Shown here: piece after piece, positions 38,640-51,103 of the stretch | Numbering within the stretch: the stretch's first letter is position 1 | Layout of the letters: each line of letters opens with the position of its first letter | From: Octopus bimaculoides | Lineage: Eukaryota | Assembly (NCBI RefSeq): GCF_001194135.2 | Contig: NC_068982.1 | Location: 41,847,398-41,911,397, forward strand | DNA length: 64,000 nt | Reading direction: 5' to 3' | Program-made: the position numbers and the translations under genes | Notes under the pieces: generated by a model | Told to the model about the DNA's origin: nothing | What the model saw: only the letters and a program-made list of their open reading frames with translations | Databases searched by the model: none

Positions 38640-38900
38640 AAGAGACATAGCACAACTGGTATGTAAGAGAATTAACCGAGAGGAAAAGCAGTTTGAATTA
38701 GTGCTACTGATGTCCTCTGCCTAATGAGATAACTGTGGATGTACTTAACTAGGAGTAAATATTTATCTACCATATTTTGATTGACCTAACAAAGGTCTTT
38801 GACAGGGTTCCATGCTCTGTAATCAGTTGGTTGCTAAGGAAATGATGGGTAGATAATAGGTTATGAGAGCCATGAAAGCCAAGACAGAAGATGAGGTACA
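38640..38900 (+). mobile_element. Degenerate RTE RT fragment
   Basis: ttgacctaacaaaggtctttgacagggttcca encodes DLTKVFDRVP, resembling DLEKAFDRVP. Confidence 0.55.
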
Positions 38901-38904
38901 CTTT

Positions 38905-39101
38905 ACTCTCTTTTACTTGTTTCAGTCATTTGACTGCGGCCATGCTGGAGCACCGCCTTTAGTCGAGCAAACCAACCCCAGGACTTATTCTTTGTAAGCC
39001 TAGTATTTATTCTATCGGTCTCTTTTTGCCGAACTGCTAAGTTACGGGGACGCAAACACACCAGCATCGGTTGTCAAGCAATGGTGGGGAGACAAACACA
39101 A

Positions 39102-39177
<76 letters not shown>

Positions 39178-39340
39178 GACGGGCTTCTTTCAGTTTCTGT
39201 CTACCAAATCCACTCACAAGGCTTTGGTCAGCCCGAGGCTATAGTAGAAGACACTTGCCTAAGGTGCCACGCAGTGGGACTGAACCCGAAACCATGTGGT
39301 TGGTAAGCAAGCTACTTACCACATAGCCACTCCTGCGCCT
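38905..39340 (-). mobile_element. SINE family A, near full length; diverged or partial copies near 2830-3215, 35570-35960, 41560-41810, 44760-45050 and 47960-49040
   Basis: Near-identical to 12240-12626. Confidence 0.85.
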
Positions 39341-39834
39341 ATTCATTTCAATAGATGAAGCAGATGTGAAAAAATGCCACAGACTGAGAGATGGGAAACA
39401 GTGTGAGCAGGAGAGCTGAAGTGGCCTTTGACTGGTGATGTGATGCTGTTTATGTAGATGTAATGGAAATGTTCAGTGATATATGATTACCTAACCTATG
39501 GCCAGTTTTCCCAGTTATAGAAGACTACATAGCTGTTTTCATTGGTAAATAATGTTTTCATTGATGCAGGTGAAATGGTCTGAAATATATATGGAAGCAA
39601 TAAGGCAGTGATCTGGAAGAATCATTAGCACACCAAGCAAAATGTTTAGTGGCATTTCATCCACTCTTACATTCTCAGTTCAAACTCTGCTGTAGTTGAC
39701 TCTACCTTTCATCCTTCTGGGGCTGATAAAATAAGTACCTGTGTTGAACACTAGGGTTGAGATAATCAACTTAATTCCTCTCCCAAAATTGCTGACCTTA
39801 GACCAAAATTTGAAACCAGTATATAAGGAAGTGA

Positions 39835-41330
39835 TGCTGTTGGGTCCAAGAAGGGTAGTAGTGTTCTGAGTGTAAAGGCAAGTGTTACACTGGGTTCAGG
39901 AGTAGGGGAAAGGTATGGGTTGCATGTCAGGAGGGTTAGAGGAGCTGCAAGCAAAAAGATCACACAGATTAGGGATCCCTTTGAAGTAGGGGAGGGGGTG
40001 TCATTTATGGAATAAGGAGGAAGCAGTAGGATTTAAGTAGAGTAAGGGGAAAGTGCACAAGATGAAATGTTGAGGAGATAAGGTATTAGGGTGGAAGGCG
40101 AGACGGAAGGACACTTATGGGTGGGATAGGTGTGGGGCATGAGTGCCAAAATGCAATCAATGTTATGTGCATGAAAGGCATTATTGACAACAGTCTGAGG
40201 ATAACCTCAATGCACAAACTGGACAGCCATCAGATAGGACTGGGTTACAAAATCAAGATCATAGCTACAGAAGCAGTGAAGGAGTAGGATTTATGATGGA
40301 AGATTTAGAGTGGCTGGGGTGGGAAGAGGTGAAGCTGAGGAGTCAGGTGAATTATAGAAAATAGATGTGGAAAGGGAGAGTTTAGGTGATCAATGATGAC
40401 AGAGGAGGAGGAGATGGTTGAAGAGAACTTGAGGGCTAGGTGGAAATGATTGATGAAGTTAATGAAAGTAGTGAATTAAGTATGAGTGAAAGAGGTGGTC
40501 CTGATGCCATCCTCGATGTGTTTACTATAAAGTTCGGAAGTGGGACCTGTGAGCCAGGCAAAGACTTGAGCCCTGATGTAACCTACAAAGAGGTTAACAT
40601 AGCCAGGCCTATCCTAGTGATCTGCTGGTAAAATTTGCCATGGAAAGGAAAACAATAAATTCAGCAAGACAAAGGAAAGCAGAGGTGCTTGGTTTGAGGT
40701 TAGTGTGATGATCTTAAAAATACTCAAGGATGAGAAGATTAGCCTCGTGTCGGCTGATAACGTATAGGGATTTAACATCTAGAGTGAAGAGGTGTATGGA
40801 GGAACTAGATGAAAAGAGTGTGAGGAGGGCAGTAACTAAGGGTTGGAAGAGCAGTAATTGTTTGCTTCCCCACCAGTTTCAGTTTCCACACACATTCCAC
40901 GAACTCTGTCCTTCCATTCACTTCTCTTACAATGAAATGTATGCAGCCGTCAAGTGCAAAATGTTAAACCTTACAAAGTGACCAGTTCAGATAGTTTCCT
41001 GTCTATGGTCAACTGGAGAATATTTCGATGACTTTGTTCATGAAGACTGTGGAGGTATTGCATGAGGTACCTAGATAAAGATGTGGATGATGCTTGGTCG
41101 AGGAGGGTAATGGATAAAAGGTAGTCATATATTCAGTGAAGTCAATATTGATGCAGTTGACGCCAAGCAAGTCGTTGGTGCATAAGTGGGGAAGAGTGTA
41201 GGGGCAAAAAAACTGAACCTTGAGTATGGTTATAAATAACCAGCTCTTTGACAAGTCAGAACCTCTCTTTCCCTTTTTTGTGACCATTATGAAAGGTTTC
41301 ACACAGCTAGATCAATTAGGAGCTTTCTTG
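39835..41330 (-). mobile_element. Degenerate Penelope-like reverse transcriptase
   Basis: Minus strand YVNLFVGYI...LYSKHIEDG...FINFINHFHLALKFS resembles the PLE RT motifs ANLFMG, RYIDD and HPxLKF; many stops. Confidence 0.7.
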
Positions 41331-43745
41331 CTGTCATTACACACTAGTGATGTTTTGTTCCTGAAACTTTAAGGAAAACAAAGTCGTCGTTTTTGAGAAA
41401 CTTTCTTATCTGTCTGATTATGGATCAAATATCATATGTTACTCATATTTTATCAACCATTTCACCAGAAGATAGGAGGATTAAGGTGACAACATTGAGT
41501 CAGCTGTGTTTAGTTTGTTTTATTCCTATTTTCTCTGTACAAATTCACAAAATTTATTTCTTACTCGAGTCAGTCATTATACTGCAGCCATGCTGGGGCA
41601 CCACCTTGAAGCCATTAGTCAAATAGATCGATCCCAGCACTTATTTTTTTGAAAGTTCGGTACTCATTCTTTTGATCTCTTTTGTCAATCAGCTAAGTTA
41701 TGGGGACGCAAACAAACCAACACAGGTTGTCAAGCAGAGGCAGGGGACACACTCACACGCGCGCGCGCGATGGGCTTCTTTCTGTTTTCCTCTACCAAGT
41801 CCATTCAGAAGGCTTTATGAAAATAATTAAAACTAATTAATAGCTTCAGGAAAATAAATAAATAAATAAAAAACTTTAGATTAGGTCACTAGGACAACGA
41901 AAGAGTAGATTGAATATATACACTCATTCACCTGATATACAAGATAACATTCCAGTAATAGCAAAACGGTTATGCTATTTGTATTTTACCATTCCAACTA
42001 AGTTCCATTGACTATCTAAAATTTTTTTAAAAACGTAATTACATCCAATTAGATGATATGTTTGTATCAGAAATATATAAAAACCGTCTTTTATCTTGAT
42101 TAAATTCAAATACGTCATCTTAGCAATCAAAACTTAGTGTTACAAGAACTGCTGGAGTTATGTGGGCGGGTCAAATATGCAGAGAGAGTAAATTGTCACA
42201 ATCATTCAACTAAGAGAGAGAGAGAGATCCGCGAAACAAAAAAGGAATACAAACGCTTATGGGAAATAGCAAGCAAGCATCTGTTAAGTACGGAAGGGTC
42301 ACACAGCTCGTGCTATACTAAATACTCCGACACAGAAACACACACATACACACTCAATATATGTATTATGTACATATGGGGATGTACGTGTGTGTACATT
42401 ACACAACATATATTAAAAGCTAAGGACAGCTTCTGTGCGTTTATTTGACTAGAAGGAGCAATCAAATCCTTTCAAATCACACACTATCGTCCTGTATAAA
42501 GGAACGATACACTGGCTACTGTAGTCCTAGATATGCAAAAAAATGTGCAATGGTCGTGAGAGGAACGCCTTTCATCATACGTCTGCTCAATCAGGCTAAC
42601 TTGGGTGGGACTGAACAACATCAACACAATAATATTGCTTACGTGCGCAACAACATGTCACACACAAAGAATCTATTTTTGAAATAAGGAATACATCTTA
42701 TCGATTAAAAATATCAATCCAGCACGTCAAGGGAACAGACGTTCGTTATATTTTATTGGGATGAAAAGAAAGTGAAACGAGAGAAACGGCTGATGTAATT
42801 ATGTGCAATCTGGTTTACGCCTTGTTTAATTATTGAAAACCACTGGGTTCCTCAGTTTCAAGGTATTTATCAAATCGAATATTAACATTAATTTAATGTT
42901 GAAAAAACAAAACAAATGTGCTTGCATTAAAAAAAATCCGCCCACCGCAGAAAATTTGGGACACTGCTATATTTAAAATTAATTGAAAGAAACACACATC
43001 ATCTCAACAGAAATATTGTAANNNNNNNNNNNNNNNNNNNNNNNNNNNNNNNNNNNNNNNNNNNNNNNNNNNNNNNNNNNNNNNNNNNNNNNNNNNNNNN
43101 NNNNNNNNNNNNNNNNNNNNNNNNNNNNNNNNNNNNNNNNNNNNNNNNNNNNNNNNNNNNNNNNNNNNNNNNNNNNNNNNNNNNNNNNNNNNNNNNNNNN
43201 NNNNNNNNNNNNNNNNNNNNNNNNNNNNNNNNNNNNNNNNNNNNNNNNNNNNNNNNNNNNNNNNNNNNNNNNNNNNNNNNNNNNNNNNNNNNNNNNNNNN
43301 NNNNNNNNNNNNNNNNNNNNNNNNNNNNNNNNNNNNNNNNNNNNNNNNNNNNNNNNNNNNNNNNNNNNNNNNNNNNNNNNNNNNNNNNNNNNNNNNNNNN
43401 NNNNNNNNNNNNNNNNNNNNNNNNNNNNNNNNNNNNNNNNNNNNNNNNNNNNNNNNNNNNNNNNNNNNNNNNNNNNNNNNNNNNNNNNNNNNNNNNNNNN
43501 NNNNNNNNNNNNNNNNNNNNNNNNNNNNNNNNNNNNNNNNNNNNNNNNNNNNNNNNNNNNNNNNNNNNNNNNNNNNNNNNNNNNNNNNNNNNNNNNNNNN
43601 NNNNNNNNNNNNNNNNNNNNNNNNNNNNNNNNATATATATATATATATATACACATACATATATATATGTGTGTGTATACGTGTACAGACAGAGGGAGAG
43701 AATAGGGTGAAAAATAAACCAAACATGGGGACAGATATAACTTAC

Positions 43746-43811
43746 TTTAACACTGGCATCTTTTGCGGCAAAATATCCCACAGAAACTGATGTTAAACTA
43801 TCGAGCTCCAT
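43746..43811 (-). CDS. SNX17/27/31-type FERM-only protein, coding exon 1 (MELDSLTSVSVGYFAAKDASVK)
   Basis: ATG at 43811 with an in-frame TGA 12 codons upstream; strong donor AAA|GTAAGT; phase 0 matches exon 2; lies in a CpG-richer region. Confidence 0.75.
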
Positions 43812-43824
43812 AATCAGAATCAGT

Positions 43825-43848
43825 TTAGTCAACAGCACAACTTTTCAT
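43825..43848 (-). promoter_or_regulatory. Short upstream ORF (MKSCAVD*) ending 13 nt before the FERM gene ATG
   Basis: ATG at 43848 and TAA at 43825, out of frame with the main ORF; only relevant if inside the 5' UTR. Confidence 0.35.
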
Positions 43849-43849
43849 T

Positions 43850-44560
43850 TCTATTTTCCTGATCCAGGTTGTCGAACCCGACTGACTGTTTTTCGACACA
43901 ACAATTAGATTTACGAATGACAAAAATAGAAGAGTGCAAACCGCGCGAAGCTCACCCAACTGCTGTGTTCAACTTGCTAAGCCTTGCAGAATCGTAGTCA
44001 TATTGAGAGAATGGGAAAAAAGAGGTGAATGTTTCAACGCTTAGACACACACACACACGAGTATATTCGTATGTGTGTGTACACATACAAGCGCACCCTC
44101 GCACGCGCGCACAAGAGGCATAACTACACAAGTGTGTCTCGTCCCGCATTTGTTTTCTTCTATCTTTCTAAACAATGGATATCTTTTAATGAGATTTTCA
44201 ACAAACACCTTTCAGTCGGTCCAGATTACGATGATATCGAAAGTTAATGTAGAAAAAAAAGTTGGGTGAGGTGCGCATTCGCACATACACGCGCGTGCAT
44301 GTGCGAGCACCCACCGCATTTTTTCATATTAAATTCTTATATAAACGGAGTCTATACCAACCGAAAGGTATTTGTAGGAAATTTCATTACAAAAATAACC
44401 ATTTTTCTTAACGTTATGAGGAAACAATCTCGAAGGTGGGGGTACATTTGTGTAGACATGTGTGTGTGAGTGCATGAGACTGCACTTGTGCAGTACGAAG
44501 GAGCTTGTACGCTGAAGCTCGCCCTGCTTGAAATAGCAGCTAAATTTCTCTTAAAATCAC
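43850..44560. promoter_or_regulatory. CpG-richer putative promoter / 5' region of the FERM gene, possibly bidirectional
   Basis: Local CpG excess (ccgcgcg, gcacgcgcgc, acgcgcgtgc) against a CpG-poor background, directly upstream of exon 1. Confidence 0.45.
44123..44455. mobile_element. Copy of the foldback/MITE family upstream of the FERM gene
   Basis: Ends ctacacaagtgtg ... catttgtgtag; internal gttatgaggaaacaa motif. Confidence 0.55.
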
Positions 44561-44577
44561 AACACCTGTGTTATAAA

Positions 44578-44644
44578 ATGAAGGAAAGATTGGACAATGC
44601 AGTTTCTCGTATCAAAAACAAAGGCAATAAAAAAAGAGGATCGA
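44578..44644 (+). CDS. Candidate first coding exon of a divergent gene (MKERLDNAVSRIKNKGNKKRGS)
   Basis: aaaATG context, donor CGA|gtaagc, phase 1 compatible with 60602; adjacent to the CpG-richer region. Confidence 0.25.
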
Positions 44645-45074
44645 GTAAGCAGTCCAGCTATGATTATATCGTTTTTATGGTGAGGGATTTCTTTAAAAAT
44701 GATATATACATTCATACAGCCTTAAAGAAATTTTAGTTGAATGAATAGACACCAAAACTAATTTTTTTAAGCGTGGTACTTATTCTATAGGTCATTTTTG
44801 CTAAACCACTAAGTTAAAGGGATGTAAACATACCAACACCAGTTATCAAGTGGTGATAGAGGACAAACACAGACACAAAGACACATATACACACGTATAT
44901 ATATATTTACACATACAGTTTCAGTTTCTGTCTACCAAATCTACTGATAAGGATTTGGTCAGCCCAAGGCTATAGTAAAAGACACTTGCCCAAGGTGTCA
45001 TACAGTGGGAGTGAAACTGGAACCATGTGGTTAGGAAGCAAGCTTCTCTATTTCTTTTAAACTGCCATAAAGGC

Positions 45075-46823
45075 ATTACATAGAGAGGGACACTACAATA
45101 CATGTGGGGACATATAACAATTAAAATAAAAATATGATACTATGAATGACATGAAAATGAACATGAAAAACATTAAAATCAAAATATTAAAATAATGATA
45201 CATGACTGATAACTTGAGAAATGAGAATATGAAAAGTGTGTTACTCACCCCACACTGGGTAACACCACTTGCCAGCTCTGAGTCCTGAGTCCTCTTTAGT
45301 CTTTGATCTAGTCTTTCGTTTACCGTTTTCCCCATTACTGAGTGACAACACTCTCTCCTCCATCTACATGTAACCTTTTTCACCGGGGGAGGGGTCTTNN
45401 NNNNNNNNNNNNNNNNNNNNNNNNNNNNNNNNNNNNNNNNNNNNNNNNNNNNNNNNNNNNNNNNNNNNNNNNNNNNNNNNNNNNNNNNNNNNNNNNNNNN
45501 NNNNNNNNNNNNNNNNNNNNNNNNNNNNNNNNNNNNNNNNNNNNNNNNNNNNNNNNNNNNNNNNNNNNNNNNNNNNNNNNNNNNNNNNNNNNNNNNNNNN
45601 NNNNNNNNNNNNNNNNNNNNNNNNNNNNNNNNNNNNNNNNNNNNNNNNNNNNNNNNNNNNNNNNNNNNNNNNNNNNNNNNNNNNNNNNNNNNNNNNNNNN
45701 NNNNNNNNNNNNNNNNNNNNNNNNNNNNNNNNNNNNNNNNNNNNNNNNNNNNNNNNNNNNNNNNNNNNNNNNNNNNNNNNNNNGGGGAGGGTGGGTCTGA
45801 GTGGTCTTGGGTGGGATGGAATTGGTCTGGGGTCCCACATCTCACTGACTGTTCTTCCTCTTCTTTCTCTTTTTCCTTTTATTCTCTGTCACTGTTCCAT
45901 TCATTCTCCTTGTTTCTTCCATCTATCTGTACTTCTTCCTTTTTCTTCTCCGTCTCCAGCACCGCTTCTTCTGTTGTTTCCCTCTGTAGAGGGCAGTGAG
46001 CTCTAATGTGGCCTTTCTGGCCACATTTAAAGCCTCGCGGAACTCTGCCCTCTACCCATACTCTCAATACTATTTCTCTGCCAAATTTTCCAGCTGCTTT
46101 GCCTCCACTTGTATGATGATTTCCAATGTTTTTCCTTTATATCCTCCTTCCTCCGTCTCTGTGGCTTGGAGGACAGCCACCTCCTCCTCACTACCAACGA
46201 GGACGGTTGCCGCAACCCAAGCCACTTCTATATCAGGTGGGATTCTTCTACCTTCATCTTAGAAATCTTTCTTCCAAGGTACGTGGGTAGAAGTATCACT
46301 TCCTCTGTTCTCACCGTTATACTCGCCAGCCTCTTTGCCTCCTCTACTGTCCTAAACTGGACAACCACCGTCCCATATCCATTTCCTTTCGCTATGTATG
46401 TCACTTCCTTCGAAAGCCCCTTCAAAGCTTTTTTCTACTTTTCCCATTTCCATCTGCTCCACCTTCCTACTCTCCACTGAGTACACCTTGTAGGTAATGG
46501 TCTTCTTTTCCATATTTTCCATAACCCTTTTCGGGGATAATAACTTTACGTCACCCCACCCCCCTTCTGTGTCATCTTACACAACTCCTTCAGTCTGGCT
46601 AGATCCACCTCCCTTTCCTTCACCTCTGCAGCCTCAGCAAAACTCTTTACTCTTTTCAAATGCTCGTCCATTCTATTTACCGCCTTAATGAGGTCCTCTT
46701 CCACTGAGGACAGCTCATACGCACTAAGGCCCGAATACACTTACCAACAAACTGCTGCCAAGCAGCTCGAAAAATTCCGTCTGTCTCATCAAAAATCAAC
46801 ACAGCGAATAGACCGACACATGT
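45075..46823 (-). mobile_element. Tx1/L1-clade LINE: ORF1 remnant with zinc knuckle plus 3' end
   Basis: GFKCGQKGHIRAHCP (degenerate CCHC), RRM-like VVVQFRTVEEA; 3' tail resembles the end of the 4020-5410 element; gap at 45399-45783. Confidence 0.7.
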
Positions 46824-47423
46824 NNNNNNNNNNNNNNNNNNNNNNNNNNNNNNNNNNNNNNNNNNNNNNNNNNNNNNNNNNNNNNNNNNNNNNNNNNNNN
46901 NNNNNNNNNNNNNNNNNNNNNNNNNNNNNNNNNNNNNNNNNNNNNNNNNNNNNNNNNNNNNNNNNNNNNNNNNNNNNNNNNNNNNNNNNNNNNNNNNNNN
47001 NNNNNNNNNNNNNNNNNNNNNNNNNNNNNNNNNNNNNNNNNNNNNNNNNNNNNNNNNNNNNNNNNNNNNNNNNNNNNNNNNNNNNNNNNNNNNNNNNNNN
47101 NNNNNNNNNNNNNNNNNNNNNNNNNNNNNNNNNNNNNNNNNNNNNNNNNNNNNNNNNNNNNNNNNNNNNNNNNNNNNNNNNNNNNNNNTTCCACACCACT
47201 GTTGTTATCCAAGGGAAAGGCAAAGGCTGTTACAGCTTAGCATCAGTGATGCTGCAACTCATTTCTACAACTGAGTGAACTGGAGCAATGTGAAATAAAG
47301 TGTCTTGTTCAAGAACACATCATGCAGCCCAGTCCGGGAATCGAACTCACAACCTCATGATTGCAAGCTCGCACCTTCACATATATATATATTTTAAATA
47401 ATTGATAGGGAAGACAGAGTGTA

Positions 47424-47472
<49 letters not shown>

Positions 47473-48329
47473 CATACATACATACATATGTGGCTTAGTG
47501 GATAGGGTATTTGGCTGACAGTCTTGAGTTCGATTCCTAGCCAATACATTGTATCCTTCAGTAAGACACTTATTTGACGTTGCTCCAGTTCACTCAACTG
47601 GCAAAATTAGGTTGTACCTGTATTTAAAGGGCCAGTCTTGTCACATTCTGTGTCACACTGAATCTCCCTGAGAAATACGAAGAAGAAGAAGAAGAATCTT
47701 CCTTATGTTCAGGACTAGATTGCTATTTTATATATTGATCCCAAAAGAATGAAACAGTAAAGTTGGCCATGGTAGAATTTGAACTCAGAGTGCAGTGATT
47801 TGAAACAAATACCACAAAGTAAATTTGCTGATGTTTGAACATAACTGCCAACTTGCTGCCTATGTTATTACACACACACACACACACACATATTATGGAA
47901 CACCATACAGTATGCACATTATAAATTCCTGTTTGTGAATTCATATTTAATGTTTGTAATGTAAATCAACAAAGTTTCCCTATGTAGTGAGAAGTTTGCC
48001 TTCCAACCACATACTCTGCAACATCTTGGTCAAGTGTCTTCTACTATAGGCCTGTGTGAACCAGAGCTTTGTGAGTGGATTTGGTTGCCTCTTGTTTGTT
48101 TGTTGTATGTATCTATGTATGTGTGTGTGTGTGTGTGTGTGTGATTATTCAGTTTTATTTCAAGATTTCTTGTCAATAGAAAAAGAGCCAGTTTCTAACC
48201 TAGATCCAAGGCTCCTTCATTGCAATTTCAACAACATTAACAGGGTATTTTTGTATGTTTGTATTTATCCATGCAGATTTGTATGTTTTGTTTTATGTAT
48301 GTATTCTCATGCATATAGTTGCATATCTA

Positions 48330-48740
48330 AACATGCTCATATATATTTAAATGATAAATTTCTGGAAAGTTTTACGGTTCTAGTGATGGCTTGGATCTGT
48401 AGTCTTTGAATTAACTTTCTCTGTTCTGGTTTTGAGAAGCTTAATTTCTCATGATTGATATTTAGGCAGTGTGTTACATATCCCAGTGCCCCAATAATTA
48501 CAGGTATAAACCAGAATTTGTAATCTGGATAGAGTAACTGCAGATTTCTCAATAGTCCTGCGTAAGTATTCTATTTTTCCTTGATCTTCAGCCTTATATT
48601 AACATCCGCTGGGCAGCTAATTTCCCCAACTGTACACATTTTCTCTTCTCTTTCCCAAATCATTACATATCAAGTCTATTGCCTTTACATTCTATTGAGG
48701 TTTCACTGGGACTTTCTTTCAGTACTCCTTTTTATTATGA
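48330..48740 (-). mobile_element. R4/NeSL-type non-LTR fragment with a restriction-like endonuclease domain
   Basis: EISCPADVN..KIKEK...LRNLQLLYPDYKFWFIPVIIGALG...LQIQAITRT. Confidence 0.7.
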
Positions 48741-49777
48741 GTGACTATGTATGTATGTATGTATGTATGCATGCATGTACGTACGTATGTATGTATGCAT
48801 GCATGTACGTACGTATGTATGTATGCATGCATGCATGTGATTCTGTTTATCTCTCACTGCTATTTGACTACTGTTGCTGGTGTGTTTACATCCCCACAAC
48901 TTAGAGGTGTAACAAAGAGATCAATAGAATAAGTACCAGGCTTTGAAAAGTTAAGTACTGGGGTCGATTTTCTCGGCTAAGTCCTTCAAGGTGGTAACCC
49001 TAGCGTGACCGCAGACCATTAACCGGAAACAAGCAAAAGACAAAGGTAGGATCTATTTTAAAAGGGGGGGCCACATTTTTCATTAATGTTTTACGTAGTG
49101 TTTTTGGTATGGAAAGACTTTCAAACTTCGTATAATTATCTATTTTGTGTTATAGAACAGAAAAATATTTTTGTATTCGAATTTATTTCATGTAAAAAAT
49201 TGTCTTATTTCGATAATTTCAACCAATCACTGACAAGTATTCAGTTGTTTATACTTACTCCTTTGGCTGATTAAGCGATGTAAAGCGTATTTAATCTCCA
49301 TACCTTCGTTTTATTTGCTTTTTTCATTTTAAATTTGCTTTAACCCNNNNNNNNNNNNNNNNNNNNNNNNNNNNNNNNNNNNNNNNNNNNNNNNNNNNNN
49401 NNNNNNNNNNNNNNNNNNNNNNNNNNNNNNNNNNNNNNNNNNNNNNNNNNNNNNNNNNNNNNNNNNNNNNNNNNNNNNNNNNNNNNNNNNNNNNNNNNNN
49501 NNNNNNNNNNNNNNNNNNNNNNNNNNNNNNNNNNNNNNNNNNNNNNNNNNNNNNNNNNNNNNNNNNNNNNNNNNNNNNNNNNNNNNNNNNNNNNNNNNNN
49601 NNNNNNNNNNNNNNNNNNNNNNNNNNNNNNNNNNNNNNNNNNNNNNNNNNNNNNNNNNNNNNNNNNNNNNNNNNNNNNNNNNNNNNNNNNNNNNNNNNNN
49701 NNNNNNNNNNNNNNNNNNNNNNNNNNNNNNNNNNNNNNNNNNNNNNNNNNNNNNNNNNNNNNGTATATGTATATTCG

Positions 49778-49808
<31 letters not shown>

Positions 49809-49815
49809 ATATTCG

Positions 49816-49853
<38 letters not shown>

Positions 49854-49864
49854 CATCCATATGC

Positions 49865-49897
<33 letters not shown>

Positions 49898-50459
49898 CAT
49901 ATGCCCCCTCCCCAAAAATTTCAGGTCTTGTGCCTAGAGTAGAAAAGAATAGGTTGAACAACTGGAGAACTATTACTGGATGTTCCACTATCAGATGTAT
50001 TAAAATGATGATACCAACACGATGGTGAAATTCAAGACAAAACTAGTATAAAACATGTACATTTTGTTTTTCTTTTATTCTTTAGAGAAGAATATTTCTT
50101 TAGCAATTTACGTCAATCTTGTAGAGCAAGATTTAAGAAGAATTAATTCTCTAAAATGTATTTTCAATCTGATATCACTTAATCTCCATTAATCTGTAGA
50201 TATATCAGTTACACATGCACCTGTTAGTGTACACAAATATATATATATATATATAAGGTTGAGGAGGGTATTGGATTTAACCAAACCCCGGAGGATACAG
50301 GTAATACCGAGTAAGTGCTGTATACCGACTAGTTTGCCCCAGTCGTTGTATGAACAGGATTGGGTATTATAAGTCGTGTATTAGCGTGTGTATATGTAAA
50401 TATATAAAAACAAAAGGATAAAGAGAGCAAAGGTAAGGTTGAATAATTTTATGGATAGA

Positions 50460-50508
50460 GTCTTACAGCTGTTTCTGGGAAGATCCAATACTTCCCTTCA
50501 TCGGAGAC
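50460..50508 (-). ncRNA. Minimal hammerhead-like motif (C4 variant) with palindromic ACAGCUGU stem III
   Basis: Minus strand GUCU CCGAUGA A GGGAAG-loop-CUUCCC A GAA AC-AGCU-GU A AGAC. Confidence 0.55.
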
Positions 50509-51054
50509 AGAAAAAATAAAGTTATCTATTATTATATCCATAGGCGGATATTTTTAGTNNNNNNNNNNNNNNNNNNNNNNNNNNNNNNNNNNNNNNNNNN
50601 NNNNNNNNNNNNNNNNNNNNNNNNNNNNNNNNNNNNNNNNNNNNNNNNNNNNNNNNNNNNNNNNNNNNNNNNNNNNNNNNNNNNNNNNNNNNNNNNNNNN
50701 NNNNNNNNNNNNNNNNNNNNNNNNNNNNNNNNNNNNNNNNNNNNNNNNNNNNNNNNNNNNNNNNNNNNNNNNNNNNNNNNNNNNNNNNNNNNNNNNNNNN
50801 NNNNNNNNNNNNNNNNNNNNNNNNNNNNNNNNNNNNNNNNNNNNNNNNATTCGTGCAGATTAATCCTTGTGTGAATAATTCCGGATTATTCACACAAGGA
50901 TTAATCTGCACGAATTTCTACACGGACATTTACCACTGGAATGAAACTACTCTTCAAGTACTGTTCTCTCTTTTTTCAGCACATCACATTCTTTACCACT
51001 TCATACTAAAAATATCCGCCTATGGATATAATAATAGATAACTTTATTTTTTCT

Positions 51055-51103
51055 GTCTCCGATGAATGGAAGTACTGGTTCTTCCCAGAAACAGCTGTAA
51101 GAC
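51055..51103 (+). ncRNA. Second copy of the hammerhead-like motif
   Basis: GTCT CCGATGA ATGGAAG-loop-CTTCCCA GAA AC-AGCT-GT A AGAC; three differences from the 50460-50508 copy. Confidence 0.5.
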
